DNA of 64,000 nucleotides from Pelomyxa schiedti. Its lineage: Eukaryota > Protista > Evosea. How positions within the stretch are numbered: the stretch's first letter is position 1; each line of letters starts with the position of its first letter. The translations under genes and the position numbers were made by a program. Below, one piece after another: positions 42,070 through 55,869 of this stretch. Where the stretch lies: NCBI GenBank assembly GCA_020536535.1, contig JAHLWZ010000815.1, positions 53,099 through 117,098 of the forward strand, read 5' to 3'. Below the pieces are notes generated by a model. The model searched no databases, was not told the DNA's origin, and saw nothing but the letters and a program-made list of their open reading frames with translations.

Positions 42070-44101
42070 ATGCAAAACGATGGTACCCAAGACAAGTCCA
42101 CGACGCAGCATACTTCTGCGTTGCCGGCCGCCCCGTGCCCCCCTGCGGCTTCCCCCTCCTCCTCCTCCTCCGCGACCTCCCCGCCCCCACCCTCACCGTT
42201 CAACCTCCGCGGGCCGGCGTGCAGTGGGCGCAAGGTTGGCACCAGCGGCCCCGCCGACGGCGCCCCGCACCGCTCCGCCCCCTCCCCCTCGGCCCCCTCC
42301 TCGGCCGCCATCCCGCCGCAGGTGTACGCCATCGCGCCCGAGTGCAACCTCCACGCGTACCTCCTGGACTTTGAGCGCCGGCTGGACATCGCGGTCTCCC
42401 GGGCCGAGTCGCGGGCCAGCGACTGTGCGCGGGCTCGCGTGGCCGCGGCGCTGGCACTGAGGGGCGCCGGCGGGTCGCCCTCCGCGTCGGGTGCAGCGGC
42501 GCGCTCCGAGTCAGGCATGTACATGTATGGCAACTCTTCCCATTTCTGTTTCACACTGTGTCTGAACTGTGAATTGTGGGTTGTGATTGTGTGGGCAAGG
42601 GGTTCGTTGTGGCAAAAAAAAAAAAATAAAATAAAAAACCACAAAATGCAACTCCTACCACTTGATTGTCTGCTCGCTCTCTTTCTACTCTATTGGGACT
42701 TCTTTCACTCATATACCTTCTGCAGCGAAATCACACCAGTCTATCTTCTCTGTTTTCCCGAATCCCCGTAGTTTTGGTGGGAATAAGCCTGTCAAGCACA
42801 ATGCATTTATACGAGTTACATATTGGTTCTCTGCATCCACGGCAGCTTCTAATACCTCTTCAACTTCAACAGACACACCCACTTGTACAGATAATCAGCA
42901 ACACCTGCAGTTTTTCGCTGATGACAAGCAACTTCCATCACTCAAAGTAATCACGGATCAGCCATCACCACTTGAGTGGACAATTCGCGTAGATACCGTT
43001 CCAGTTGACAATACACCAGCTTCACCCCGGCACACCCTTGGGAATTTGGTCCAGCAAGTGACTCTGCTGTTAGATCAAAGCTTGTTCCCTGTATTTCCTC
43101 CTCGATGAGATTGTCACTCAAATAACTCCCTCCTTATGTCACAAGATGGAAGATGCAATTGAGTGGAGTCACAGGACTGGATCCTTGAAATGTGACAGTG
43201 AGTCTGTTGGGATCACTCGGATGTGCCCAACTGTGGATCTCGAAGGTCACACACCTGCTTCATTTGATTGCCGTCTTGCTGTCCTGCCAAACCACTGCCC
43301 TGAATTGTTCAGGTTTGTGGGTACCTTCACGGACTTATTCCCTAAAACTCACATTCTGAAGACCTGACGAGCACCTTTTGCAGCTCATTCAAAACCGTGG
43401 AGAAAGTAATCTCATTGAGAGCTTTGATGCGCTCTCACAGGCTGATGTCCTGCTGTTTGTTTGGAGATATGTACGAGATCGCGGTCTTATCCCTCCAGGA
43501 GGGGAGAAGCTTGTTGTTTGCCCAGGCCAGGACAAACTAGCAGCAGCGGTCTTTGATACACCACATGAGTTCCCTCTGAGTGAAATGGCAGCTCGAGTAG
43601 CTAGGCACCTTATACCCCATTCTCCAACCCAGTTCACCTTCCGTGTGGAACCCAGTGCGAATCCGGTCACACACACATTCAACTTCACTGTTCAGGTGGA
43701 TGAGGCAAGTGCAAGTGGCCCAGCAGTGTCCGATGAAGACCAGAAATTCTGGTGGAGAAAAGGAGCCGTTGATACATCTGAGATAGACAGAAGAATCGAA
43801 GAAAAGATAGAGGTCATCCAGGAACATTTGAACCGGCGGGAGCTTCTACTGGCATTTTCCCTTGACCCCGTGAGGTTATACCCTCAATTACAATCACTAC
43901 ACCGTTTCTCACAATCCTGCAAGGTTTCTAAACCACCTTGTTGACGCACACACCAGAGACTGCATATCACCCGGTTCCGATCCTGATGCCACAAGAAGAG
44001 CTTCGTACTATACGAAGAACCCCTTGTTATCTCTAGCCATAGACACATACCTCAACCAACAGCAACAACCACACATCCAAATTCCAAGTAATTCTCTCTG
44101 A
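42070..44101 (+). CDS. SWI/SNF BAF60/SMARCD/Swp73-like protein with SWIB domain
   Basis: PECNLHAYLLDFERRLD, IEW, VLLFVWRYVRDRGL and EIDRRIEEKIEVIQEHLNRRELLLAFSLDPVRF. Confidence 0.8.
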
Positions 44102-44141
44102 TTCAAATAGCACTGCGTTTCCCAAAGACACCAGGTTTTTT

Positions 44142-44476
44142 TTAAAAAAAATCCAGAATTGTCCTGGGGAGGAATTGACTGAGACCAACGGTAAACAGTT
44201 GTACAGCCACCATCCCTGGTGTAAGTGTCCGGTCTTGGTTCGAGGGGCAATCGGCGTGTGGGACTGATTACCTTTGCAGTTGGTTGCTAAAACCGTGACT
44301 GTCTCGATCTTTTTTCGGGACTGCAGACTGCGGAGTACCGGTGGATTCGGAATTGTGGGATAGGAGAAGTGAGGCCCAGAAGCCATTGACTGAGGAATTG
44401 CCTCCCTTGGGGTAGTGGATTCTCTCAAGGATTGTTCTCGAGACAACGAAGCTCCTACCGAGAAATTCTCAGCCAT
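44142..44476 (-). CDS. Possible small hypothetical protein (about 90 aa, one intron)
   Basis: ATG at 44476 and a plausible GT..AG intron; no domain recognised. Confidence 0.25.
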
Positions 44477-44591
44477 CAAAAACAACCGACCAAACATCAA
44501 GATTGGCCCCAAGCCATCAACCAAACAAAAAACAAAGAGGAAAGGAGAAAAAAAAACAAAAACAAAGCAAAAGAACCGTAGAAACGACACG

Positions 44592-45606
44592 ATGCCAAAG
44601 AGCAGCAAAGTCACGGCTTCGCAAATAACCTCGAAGTTCGGAAGGGTGTGTTGGTTTTTACTTTTTTTTTAAAAAAGAAATGACATTTTTTTTCCCTAAG
44701 TTTCGCAATAGGCATTCCTTACTGTGAGGTGGATCACATTCGCTGCCAATGTTCTCTTGATGGTGAGTTGAGAGTAATATATGCAAAAATCGTAATTGAT
44801 AAAATCAAGTTATTGTCAGATACAATTAGATAATAACACTTACCAATATTGTTACTCCTTTACAAGATACTGGGGGTTGCCCTTCTTGGAGTAGGAATAG
44901 CAGTTTTGGCGAGTGATACAGTGGCATCATTGTTGAGCATACCAGGGTTGGATACACTGGCCATTGCCCTAGTAGCCATTGGCCTTCTGGTCGTTATCAT
45001 CGCCATTTTTGGAACCTCTGGCTTACTCTTGCATAATAGGATACTTCTTGTCCTTGTATGCTTCACTTGTTTCTATTCAGCAAAACACTTAAATAGTTTA
45101 GTTCATCGTACTTCTTTCAATTCTGGTTGTATGCCAACTTGGTGTTGGAGTTGCGGCCACAGTTGATGCCGGCCAGCTTCCCACAATGCTAGATATTGCC
45201 TGGTCTAATACCGACGCCATTCAGTTGGCTTCAATTCAGGAAGATGTAAGCTTCTTTTCTTAAAAACGCAATACCAACTCTTTTCAGCTTTCTTGCTGCG
45301 GATTCTACAATTCGACGGATCGCCAGGTAGAGCCCTGCCCAGTTGTTTCAAATGTTACTGTAACAAGAGGCTGCTATAATCCTTTAATGCACAACATTGG
45401 GGTACTTACACCGCACTCATCTGTTAATGCTAAATCCCCAAAACCAGGACGCAATGGATGAGTTGGCAATTTCAGCCATTGTTATCAGTGTCATGGAAGT
45501 GTTTGGAATAATTCTCACAATTGTGCTGGTTGCCCGCATTTCCAAGATTTACAAGCAATACAGGCACCACAAGCTAGAGGAGCAACAGCAAAACGAAGAA
45601 TTGTAG
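44592..45606 (+). CDS. Tetraspanin-family protein, multi-exon
   Basis: Four hydrophobic segments, with CCG and GC motifs in the large loop (LSCCGF...PCP...GCY). Confidence 0.88.
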
Positions 45607-45689
45607 AACAATATACACCCCAACTGTGTTGTTACCTCAGCAATAAACAAAAACCAAACCCCAACAACAAACAAAATTTTTTCTTATTC

Positions 45690-48600
45690 TCTATGTTGTT
45701 TTTTTCCCGCTGTGTTTGTGGTGGATGTTGTTCTCTTTTCCAAGGTTAGAGTAAAAATCGGCTAGTGGTAGACATACATTTTAAACAAGCCTTAAAATAT
45801 TGGCACATGCAGCCTTGAAAGAAGGCAGAGTAGCAGCCCTGGAGAAATTGAGCACAACAGTGGATGTTCCATTGGACCGCATGAACTGTGCATTACTGGC
45901 TGTTTTAATATTAGCGAGGGTGGATGAATTAGTGGGTGCGTACGGTTCTGGGATAGAAGCAGCAAAACTTTTATGGTGGCTCCTTCTAGTTGCTGATTTT
46001 TGGACTGTAGACAATCGTGTAAGAATGGAAGTAATCCATTGGCAAGGAACAGAGGCGGAGCATCGGCTGTGATAAGAGATGAGTTAAGTAGGCGAAATAT
46101 ATTCTTTGAGGATAATCGTGGAACCTTCTCTACAAGTTAATACAATTTTATTGAGAAGTGTGACTGGTATGGTATTTTCTTCCAAAGATATGGGAGCAAG
46201 CTGTGAAATAAGGGGTTTCAGAGCTCCCTGTTGATCCAGTAATGCTCTACCTTGTGCTGAGTTGCGTAGGTAAAAAAAGGTGAACCAGTGTAATAGAAGC
46301 AAAAAAAAAAAACCTGAAGATAGAAAAAGTGACAGTATCATTGAAACTTCTGTGAGTGCAGGTAAATCGAGACTAGGGCTGGGAAAGGATGGATTTAGAG
46401 ACTTTTAACCAAGGAAACAACCACCTTTCCAGTAGTTTTCCAAGCTTAGCAAGGTTCTTTCCTTGTCTCAGAAGGGCTATTACTGCTTCTTTGAAATGTG
46501 GTTGTATGGCACCAGTGGCCATTCCACTTAGAAGTTTCAAGGCAGAGAGCGAGCACACGGGCGTTGCGGACTTTGGTGAAAGAGGTTCTGTGATAATGGA
46601 GTCGGGTAGAAGATTTCTTAAGATGACATCTGGGGCAATGGGAAGTTGCAGGCGACGTCCTGTGAAGTCTTTTAAACCAATAAAACAAGGCAAGAAAGTA
46701 ACCACAGGAAGCAATATAGTACAGAGCATCAAAGGAAGCACTTTTCACTTTTTCACTTTTAGTTAAGTAGCTATGAAGCAAAGGAAAAGTCCTCCCAAAC
46801 TCAGAATCGAGTTTTTCTTTTATGCAGATGTCAGCCACACCAAGAAAGTTATTTTACCGTGTGTGTGAAGTCGAGAAATAACTATAGTGGCAGAAACAAG
46901 CAAACTGTCAGTGATGGGTGAGGTAGACACAGTGTCAATGACTTTATTCAGAATCCCAACAGAGTATAAACGTTCGGTTTTTTCTCCTTTTTGGAATTTT
47001 AGGAGGATTGATTGAAGGAAACTATGTGATCACTTGGGAAGGAGCTGAGCATGCTGGCAACTGCTAAGAAAGTGTGTTTCAGAATCTTTTTATTGGGGCT
47101 TCTCAATAATCCACATATTGAAACTATCCATTCGGCGTGGTTCAATTGCATGACAGTTTTTGCTGTCAAATATATTAGGTAAGAAGCTGAATGTATTGTA
47201 TGTACGGCTTTTAAGTAAGTGCGCTGCAGCCTTGCATGCGCGATCCACAAGCAATTCGGATTTATCAGTGAGTGTTTGTTTCACTATGAATGGGAATTGG
47301 CATGATAAGATGATTTCTCTTGCCGTGTCTTTTTCACATGTAAGCATGCACCTTATGAGAATTTTTAAACAGTGCCTTCTTGGCTAAGATATGCAAGGGA
47401 TAAAAATGCTGCCCCCATTGTAGAGGGATCTTGTCTGATCATAATCTTGCATAACATTGTTACAGCTGCTTTAGATTCAATAAACATCTGTTGCACTTTA
47501 CCTAAAAGGAGGTAAATCGCCGGGTGTAAAATCTAGAATAATAACTAGTTTTGAGTAAAATTGCACAAACTGCCACAGCTTTGCCTTGAAGGAGTGGATT
47601 TAAGGAGTGAAGAAGTTGCATCAATTTAGCTATGCAGATTGGAGTAGAAATTTTTTCCATGTAGGAAGCTGTAGAAAGCTGTTAAATCTAGATAGACTGA
47701 TAACTGTAAGATACCATTCTTGAGAAGAAGTGTTGTTAGTTGCAGTGACTGTGTAACAATTGATTCATTGTGGTGTGAAAACAGTAGTACGAGGTTCGTT
47801 ATGCCTTCACACTCCAGTAGTTTATCCAATCCTTCTTCTGCGAGAAAAAAAAAAAAAATGGAGTTACTCTCAGTAAAGCTGGAGGTCTGGGTTACTAAAA
47901 GTAACTATCTTTGACAGAGTTTGAAGACAGCTTTCTACAACCCGCTCATTCTCAGAGAGCAGACATGTGAGTATAGGAGGAATAATTCCTTCTTCAATAA
48001 ATTCAGATATCGAGTCATCTTAAAGTACATTTATTGGTAACTTCTACAGGAAAAAAACTCACGAGTTTGAAGGTATGTCTTGATGATACTAAAGGCCTTT
48101 ATTGCTTCGTCACTTGATTGGAGTAGAGCACATAACTTTTCCACCAAAATTTGCAATTTTTTCGTTTTTGCTGTGAAGAGGTATTATTTATTCCGTTCTG
48201 CTAGGTTACAAAACATAAAGAAAAAATAAGCGGTCAGCATACAATCTGCTGTGGAATCAACAATTGTTGTAAGGTCCGATATAGTCTGGGAAGAGTTACC
48301 AGAAAGGGAAAAAGGAGAGATGAGGACTTACGGCCTCGTCAAGCATTCCCACAATTTGAGAAAAAGAAGGTCGTAGGATGGGGTCACTAGCACAGCAAAT
48401 GGGAATCAGTCTGGTAAAGGCAACTGGTGTATGAGTGAAAATGAGGGAAAGAGGTTTATTCTCATGTGGTGCCGGCTTTGTATGTGGCCAACCACATTCA
48501 AACATTTCCCAGAGTAGTATCCCGTAACTATACGTATCAGCCTTTAGGGTTTTCAGTTGGAAAAATCTGAGGAGCTAAAATCATTGTACTTGGAAGGTGA

Positions 48601-51600
48601 TGGTTTTCTTTGTGAATATTTCAGGAGCAGAGTATTCTGGAGAGAAAAATTTGCTTTGGTCAATATTCTCTATCTTTAGTTTCGCGAAGCCATAATCTCT
48701 AATTTGAGGGATGAACCCGCCATCAAGCTTGGATGATTAGGTTTTTCTCGGTTAGAAAATATTAAAAAAATAGATATACCAGAATATCTGGAGACTTTAG
48801 AGACCCGTGAAGTGTGTTAGTGGAGTGGATATAGCACATTCCAGAAGCAATGCCCTTTGCAATTTTCACTCGTGTCATGATTTCCTCCTGGAAACCCTCA
48901 TTCATTATTGGCATCTTAAAGATACACATATACATTGCAATTTGGGTTCCGGACATAACTGTATAAACTCTGTCCTTCAATATACATCTGCATGAAGCAG
49001 ATGATTTCTTCAACACAGAACCCTGAAAGGGGGACAATATTTTCATTTTGTAACTTCCTGTGTAAAATCAATTAGTTGTAGTAAGTAAACAAAGACTTAC
49101 AATAATCGAAGAGCTTCAGTCTCAAAGTCATTAATGAAAATAGAATTGAACCTCTGTGGGTGAACTTTCTTTATGGAAACATTTTCCTTTCTACAGAGGC
49201 CACGGTACGTAACCCCCATAGCGCCTTCTCCGAGTTTTGATTTCACCAGAAGCTCAGCTCTCGAGACTCGTTTAGAATTGGCCATAGCTGTAGTCACTGG
49301 TGGGGGTTGATACTGTCGAAGTTGTTGTGTCTGGGCTGGTGATGGAGGATTTGTTGGTGGAAGGCCACCGACAGAAACAAAACTGGCCAGTCCACTAAGG
49401 GAAGCTTCTAGATCAGCAAGAGCCTCTGTATTTGCATCTGTCTGATGTGGGATAGTCAGAAAGTGAGTTTGTGCGTACTGGGGAGTGTCTTTGCAACAAA
49501 CAATGATTCCAATGTCTGATCAAGCTCGGCAATAGATATATCTGAAGCCATAATTAATTAAGAAAACTGTAAGACGAGAAACCTGGATGAGATCCAACAT
49601 TTGTATTCAAAGTGATGCTTGGCTGATCGAGTGATAGTACATTTGGTTGGAAAAGTGTTGACTGTGAGGTTTGTGTAGGATTCTGTGGATTGACAGGCTC
49701 TGGGGTTGTCGGTTGTGTGTGAAGTAGTGGCTGTGGTTGCGGTTGCGGTTGGGGTTGAGGTTGCGTCTGCGTTTGCGTTTGCGTTTGTGTTTGTGTTTGC
49801 GGCTGCGGCTGTGGCTGTGGGGGAGGTGCCGCTTGCAGTTGCACCAGTGGTTGAATTTGTTGTTCCGGCGGCGGTTGTTGTGCAGGTTTGTCTGGAATTG
49901 GTTCTTCTTTAACTTGAAGCTGCACTAGAGGAGGGTGGCTTTGAGGCGCAGGTGCAGGGCCATTGGTATGTGAGGGATCAGTTGGAAGTTCAGTTGCTGG
50001 GGAAGTGGCTGTGTTTTTATAATCCATAAGTTCCTTGAGTGCGGAGTCCAGTTCATCAATGGTTGTAAAGGATGGCTCTGAACATGTTTTAATGAAGTTG
50101 TGGACAGCAAAGAAAACATCTTACCTCTAGAATTGAGAAATGGGTTTACCCGGAGGGAAACTGGAGGCTTGTTTGTATCTCTAGCTGCCGGAATAATTTT
50201 AGTCATTATAATTACAGGACAGATACTTGGACTAGGCGATTTTGTAACAAGTAATGTTTCCAGAGCCGAATCCAGATCATCCACCGTTGGATCTGTTTTG
50301 ATAGTACCACCTATAACTAAAAGTTAAGCAATATCACATTTTGCAAAGCAGCACTACCAATAGGTGACTTCTTGGAATAAGTAGATACTGGTCTTGTAGG
50401 AGGAACGGATTTACCTTTTGGTGGAGGAATAGCTGGTGAACTGGAACTGAGTCGCGGTGCTTCTGAAGCTGCTGGTGAGGGGGGAGGAATGATACTATCA
50501 CTAGATTTGGTCTCTGACAGTTTTGGCTCATTTTTTATCTCGGGTGATTTTGGGGCTGGATTTGGTTTTTTGTCCCCGATTTACTACATTGGAAACAAAG
50601 AAAAGTAAAATACCAGGAGAAATGTTTCCTTCAGAAGTAGTGTTGGTTGGACTGGGTGATGGTTGTGGTATAACTGGAGTAGATGAACGCAGCGGATCTA
50701 GAGGAAAAGAATTACCAGGGTACAGCATGTATTAGATGTACCTACCTCTGTCTTCAGCTAGTAAGGAGTCCAGTGCATCATCTAAGTCATCTCGTTCTTG
50801 TGGTCGAACTAATGGAAATTATTCATGAAAAAAAAGACGGGAAATAACCATAGGTAGGGGGTGTCTTGATGATAAAGGATGAGGTGGGTCGTGTGGGTTT
50901 TGATGCTGTTCTTCTATGTAATACAGTTCGCCCGAGGGTAGTTGAGGAACTTGTAAGCTTGGCTTGGCAGAGTTTGGCTTGAGAGCCCTCTTCTTGGAGG
51001 TGTGGGGTGTGAGTTTCTGGAATTTGTGGAGATTTTGAGGATTCATCATTTGGAGGCTCTGGGTCTCTTAGTTGAGAATCAGGGGGTGGTGTTTGAATTT
51101 CAGGGCTGGGTGTCTGGGTTATGGGGGGTTGTCCATCACCCGTGATAGGAGGGGGTGCTTGTGGTTCAGGCGTGGAGGAGGGGTTTACAATCGGTGTCCC
51201 CATAAAGAGGCCATCTTTCGGTTCAATAAGAAAAAATAAGAAAGAAGGAAGTCTTACATACCAACTTTTGGTGGAGGTATCGCAAGGAGGCTCTCAATTG
51301 CGGAGTCCAGTTCATCCATAATTGGCAAATTGTACTCTGAACTTTTTATGAGAACATAAAGTAAGTGCAGTGGAATCCTAACCAGGAGGCATTGGAGGTG
51401 GCTGTTCAATGGCAAGTAAAGAAGATAATGCCAGGTCCAGTTCATCCACCAGAGGTGTAGGTTCACTCTTCTTTGGTGGATGTGGTTCTGTGTGGTAATA
51501 GTGTATTTAGTGGTAAAGTCAATCTCAAAAGACTGAAAAAAACCTGTGGGTGGAGGCTGGTCTTTTTTTTTTTTTTTTTGTTTGTGTGTGTGTATTTTCG

Positions 51601-51694
51601 CCGTAAGCAATTAACATTAATTACTGTTAACGAAAGAATGGGACAAACCATCAAGTGCTTCCATCGAAGCAAGAAGCGCACTCAACTCGTCCAT
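45690..51694 (-). CDS. TKL-type (pseudo)kinase with N-terminal LD-like motifs and C-terminal ARM repeats; 3' end approximate
   Basis: LGEGAMG, VSIKK, HGSLKSPDIL, DYG, SAPE, DTYSYG..LWE and RPSF, followed by helical ARM-like exons. The Pro-rich N-terminus carries DxLDxALxxL repeats. Confidence 0.8.
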
Positions 51695-52783
51695 GTTCAC
51701 CCTCGACTGCAACGCCACGACAGTGACAACAACAATCAAAAAGGAACAAACTTTTGTTTGTGCTCGTATGTCTGGGCTTTTTTTTTTTTACCCGTAGCCC
51801 GTGTGTTGTCACAACTTTTGAGTGGTTGTTCGCACGCGAAGGGCGATAAAAAATTCACAAAAGGAAAGAAATCAAAGGTGCACCAGATCTTGGTGGGATC
51901 TGACCTCTTCTTCTCCTACACCCAATCTACACAACAGATTCCCTTCAGTTCACTGGCCGAACGACCGCATCACTACGTGATTGAAACATTGGCAGGTTGT
52001 TTCTGTTTGAATAAGGAGGGTTGTGTCAACTGGAAGGCAGATTTAGATCATTATCAGGGTGGTGTATTAATGCTAAATGGTACCAGTAACACATGTATAG
52101 GAACCATGAGAAGACAAAAAAAACAAGACACCACTCTAACTTTGTTGTTGGATCCACTGTCTTGGCTTAGAATGTATTTCCAGGCCTCAACAAAAAGTTC
52201 ATCAAGTTGTTCCTTGCTTAAGTGAAGAGCTTGGGCATCAAAGACTGCAGTCATGGGATGATGGCCTGGTCTGCCTGTGCTAAACCAGATCTGAGATTAC
52301 TCAAACAATCAAGTTGCAAATAATGCAAACCATCTCTTATCTCCCACAATCAATCACAAGAAGTGTTTTTCACATCGTTTTTCCCCTGTAATGAGAGGCA
52401 ACTCATTTTGGAGTTATTTCCACTACAATCTCCTGTCCCCAGAAGATGGAAAAAATTCCAAAAATAAAAGAAACTATTTTTAGTTTGTGTCATTCCCAGC
52501 ATCATCATCATGATGTGGCACCATTTACTGTGTCATACACATGCCACATTGATCACATAAACATAAGGCTTATCTCAAAACACAACTACAGCAACTCACT
52601 CATACAGTCTTGGCAAAGCAACACATGGCCATCTCATATGAAACACCATGAGAGCAATGCATTCATGCCTGGTGTCCCAATGTATTCCAGTGGTATTATT
52701 GTTCTCTCTTCCTCTTTTAACTAACTAGAGAGTAGATCATCCACAACACCCAATGAGCTTGCTACTAGAAAGGCTATTGGCAT

Positions 52784-52994
52784 AATAGGTAATTATAAAA
52801 GAGAGCGGTGACCTTGAAGGTATCTGGAGTTGGCACTGCAAATATAAGAGTCTATATATTGTGCTGCTTTCGGAAAGACATGGTGATACTGGAGATCCAC
52901 CATGTCCGAAAGCAGCACAATATATAGACTCTTATATTTGCAGTGCCAACTCCAGATACCTTCAAGGTCACTGCTCTCTTTTTAATTACCTATT
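52784..52994. repeat. Long inverted repeat / foldback, arms of about 90 bp plus a 9-bp inner stem
   Basis: 52784-52874 pairs with 52905-52994 (one 1-nt indel, one G-T). Inner stem GACATGGTG/CACCATGTC. Confidence 0.95.
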
Positions 52995-53695
52995 TACCTT
53001 ACACTAGTTCAAAAAAGTTCTTATCTCTTTTGAGGGTGCACTGAAATTTGTTGGACTCATCGCTGATATTTACAAGCCCCACTGGATGAGAGTGTTTTTT
53101 ATTTCCGTAGAATTAAAAACCTGATTTTCTTTTGTGCCCCCATGCCCTTCCTTACACCACAGTCACTTCACTACTTACCAGCATACATTCTCTTGTTGTC
53201 TGGCTTTGTACGAATTCGTTGTGTCAGCTGAGCAGGTGCTCACCTCTTTTTCAACCCTTACAGTTGTTGCAGCTTGCACATTCTGCAAATATCATCAATA
53301 GGGGATAAAAATGGTGAGGTCTATTGTTTTATCAGATCCACAAAGTTCAAAGCCGATTTGTGGTTCTCAGTTTTCTCAACTCAACCTCTGTTCAGTGCCT
53401 GAAAGTGATTCTTCAACTCCTGGCAACATTCCCAAACCCACAGCACCAGAATCTTTGGAGCCCAGGTGTACACCTCAGAGTTATGACACAATGCCCATAC
53501 TGTGGCCATTTCCACAAGTGATCATATCTCGTTGGTGCTACCGGGACAATTTCACACTTAACTCCGAGTTATGGGTCGTGAACGTTTGTAACCAAAAAAT
53601 GTTTTGGGTGCTGTTTGTGTCATTTGTGAACACTTTATTTTGAGGTTTGTGTTGTGTTTTCCTTGTTTGTGGACACAAACAGTAGTCTTGAAAAC

Positions 53696-55190
53696 TACAG
53701 TTTATGTGGTTTTGAGTGCCAAACAGGGTAAGCTGTGGAGTGCCAGTGCTCCCAGCAAGACATCGTTACGGAACAATGAAGAGCCACCACATGGCAATAG
53801 TGACGAGCTTTAGATTCTATTCCATTCAGCCAGCAGTACATACATCTGTGTCCCCAAGAGAGCAACTTCAGTCAGTTCCTTTCATGGGGTATGAGAGTGC
53901 AGTATCGATGGGGGCAACGATCTGGCACTATCTGTTATGGCTGAAGTAGAAGAGTTGCCCTGCTGTTGCCCTGAGATAGTATTCTGTGTGGGTGCAACAA
54001 CAGTACCATTGGGCAGATGTACTTGGAAGTTATACAGATCAGCACCTGCATACATAATCAGATCAAAAAAGAAGTAACTACAAACATTATGCAGGAACCG
54101 TTTCATAGAAATGGAGCATTTGTGTACAGCAGAATAGAGGGCCCGTGCTTCATCAGCACCAAACTGCTCAAAAGTCCAATAACTCTTGGTTGTCCATTTG
54201 GAATGGTGATGTTGAACACCATACCGGGAGCTATACCTTTGAGAAAACAGGAAGTTCGAGACTAAGGAAATACCAATGAGAAGTAACAGAGACAAACACA
54301 ACTGATCAACAACATCCACATTGTGATAGTGCGAGCGGTACTCCCAAACCATGGAGGGCATGAGCTCTTCACCTGCCTTAAATGCCTTCTTGTTCCCACA
54401 AAACCCTGGTTTGACCATTTTCACCCAAGGGTTTGTCTTGTCAACTTTAATAGTGATTAGAAATCGACTATCAAGGTGGAATAACACATACATGCAGTAT
54501 CGGGAAATACTTGGCTAGGGTGTTTGTACATCTTATGAAAAGATGTAGCAGAAATAAAATTTGATATAAAATTCACTCGGCAGTTGTCTTCGTAAATCAA
54601 TGCAGTAATGGGGTGGTCAACCATCATACTGAAATGAAACTCGCACTTGCGCCAATTTTCCTCAACTGGCTGATGTACAAAGTTTGTGAATACCTAGAGG
54701 GTTTTAATAAAGCAAAAGAGGTGAGTGTCCGACACGCACATCACCCATTCTGTTTGTTTGGCACGTAACCACAAACTGAAAGCCCGCATTGTGGAGGTTA
54801 CATAGCATTTTTGACAAAGGAAAATATCTATCCATTGATACCCTTGTCCCAGTGCTCCAGTGCAGGGCACTTAGCAGAGAGTACACGGTTATTTCCGTCG
54901 AACACAGCTTCTCCTTTATTGCGTACATTAGGGGTTACAGTAATGTAAGAAGTACTGATACCTTTTCTAAGTGAAGATGACGGAAGAATGGGCATTTTAG
55001 AGTTTTATTTTTATCCAAGTCACCTAAAGATGTGAATAAAGAGGTAGCGGGGAAAAAAAAGTATTATGTAGATATACCATAAGAGTTTTTGCCATCATAA
55101 ACAATGAACTTGACAATGGCAGAATACTTGTCAGCCAACATAAAGACCTTCACACCTGTGGCACGCGGTTTTAAATTGCTGGTGGTGTTG
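53696..55190 (-). mobile_element. Degenerate intron-containing piggyBac-superfamily transposase; 5' part missing
   Basis: In order: KPRATGVKVFMLADK..IVKFIVYDGK; RVSMDRYF...FVVTCQTNR; PSMVWEYRSHYHNVDVVDQ; RY....SKW; C-terminal RCMYC...YCH..ALHC...CWEHWH. A stop and frame change lie near 53882. Confidence 0.8.
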
Positions 55191-55579
55191 GAAATGGGGT
55201 ATGATTTGGAGTGATGATTGGTGTCGACAACTGTGTGGAGATGTTTGAAGTAGTTCTTGCTTTTTTGGCTGGAGTTGAGCTCTTAGTTGAATCAAAGTTT
55301 GGACATTGAGGAGAATTCTTTCTATGTCCCAACTGGTGACAACTACCACATGTGGGTCGTGCTTTAGCCTAAGAGATTTCAGTCATTAGCTATAATCTGT
55401 ATTAGAAACTAGGTTACCATTGCAGGTTTAGGCATTGGTGGTGCTTGCATTTTTGTTTCTTTTGAAGAGTTAATAAATATACTTTCATTAATAAAGTATA
55501 GATTTCTAAAGTATAAATCATAAAATGAAACTATACCGTAAAGTAATCTCCTTTGTTATAATAATTTATATTATTCACC

Positions 55580-55705
55580 AAACCTCCGCCTCACAGCTCG
55601 GACCTCCGCCTCTCGAACTCTCGGACCTCCACCCTTCACTCAAACTCTTGGGCCTCCGCCTTGCACACCTCCGCCTCTCACTCAAACTCTCGGCCCTCCG
55701 CCTTC
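55580..55705. repeat. Imperfect minisatellite built on CCTCCGCCT / AACTCTCGG units
   Basis: About 6 degenerate copies visible. Confidence 0.6.
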
Positions 55706-55869
55706 CAGTCAAGGAACAATAGCTCTGTGTCAAGGAACAACAGCTCCTTTTCTGATCCCAATTGCCCACCAGCAAGAGAGAGGACTCAGGTGGAAATCGA
55801 TACCGGTGTCGATTCTCACACTTTTTCTCCCCAATTTGGAACAATACTTGATTTCCACGAACAGTTGAG

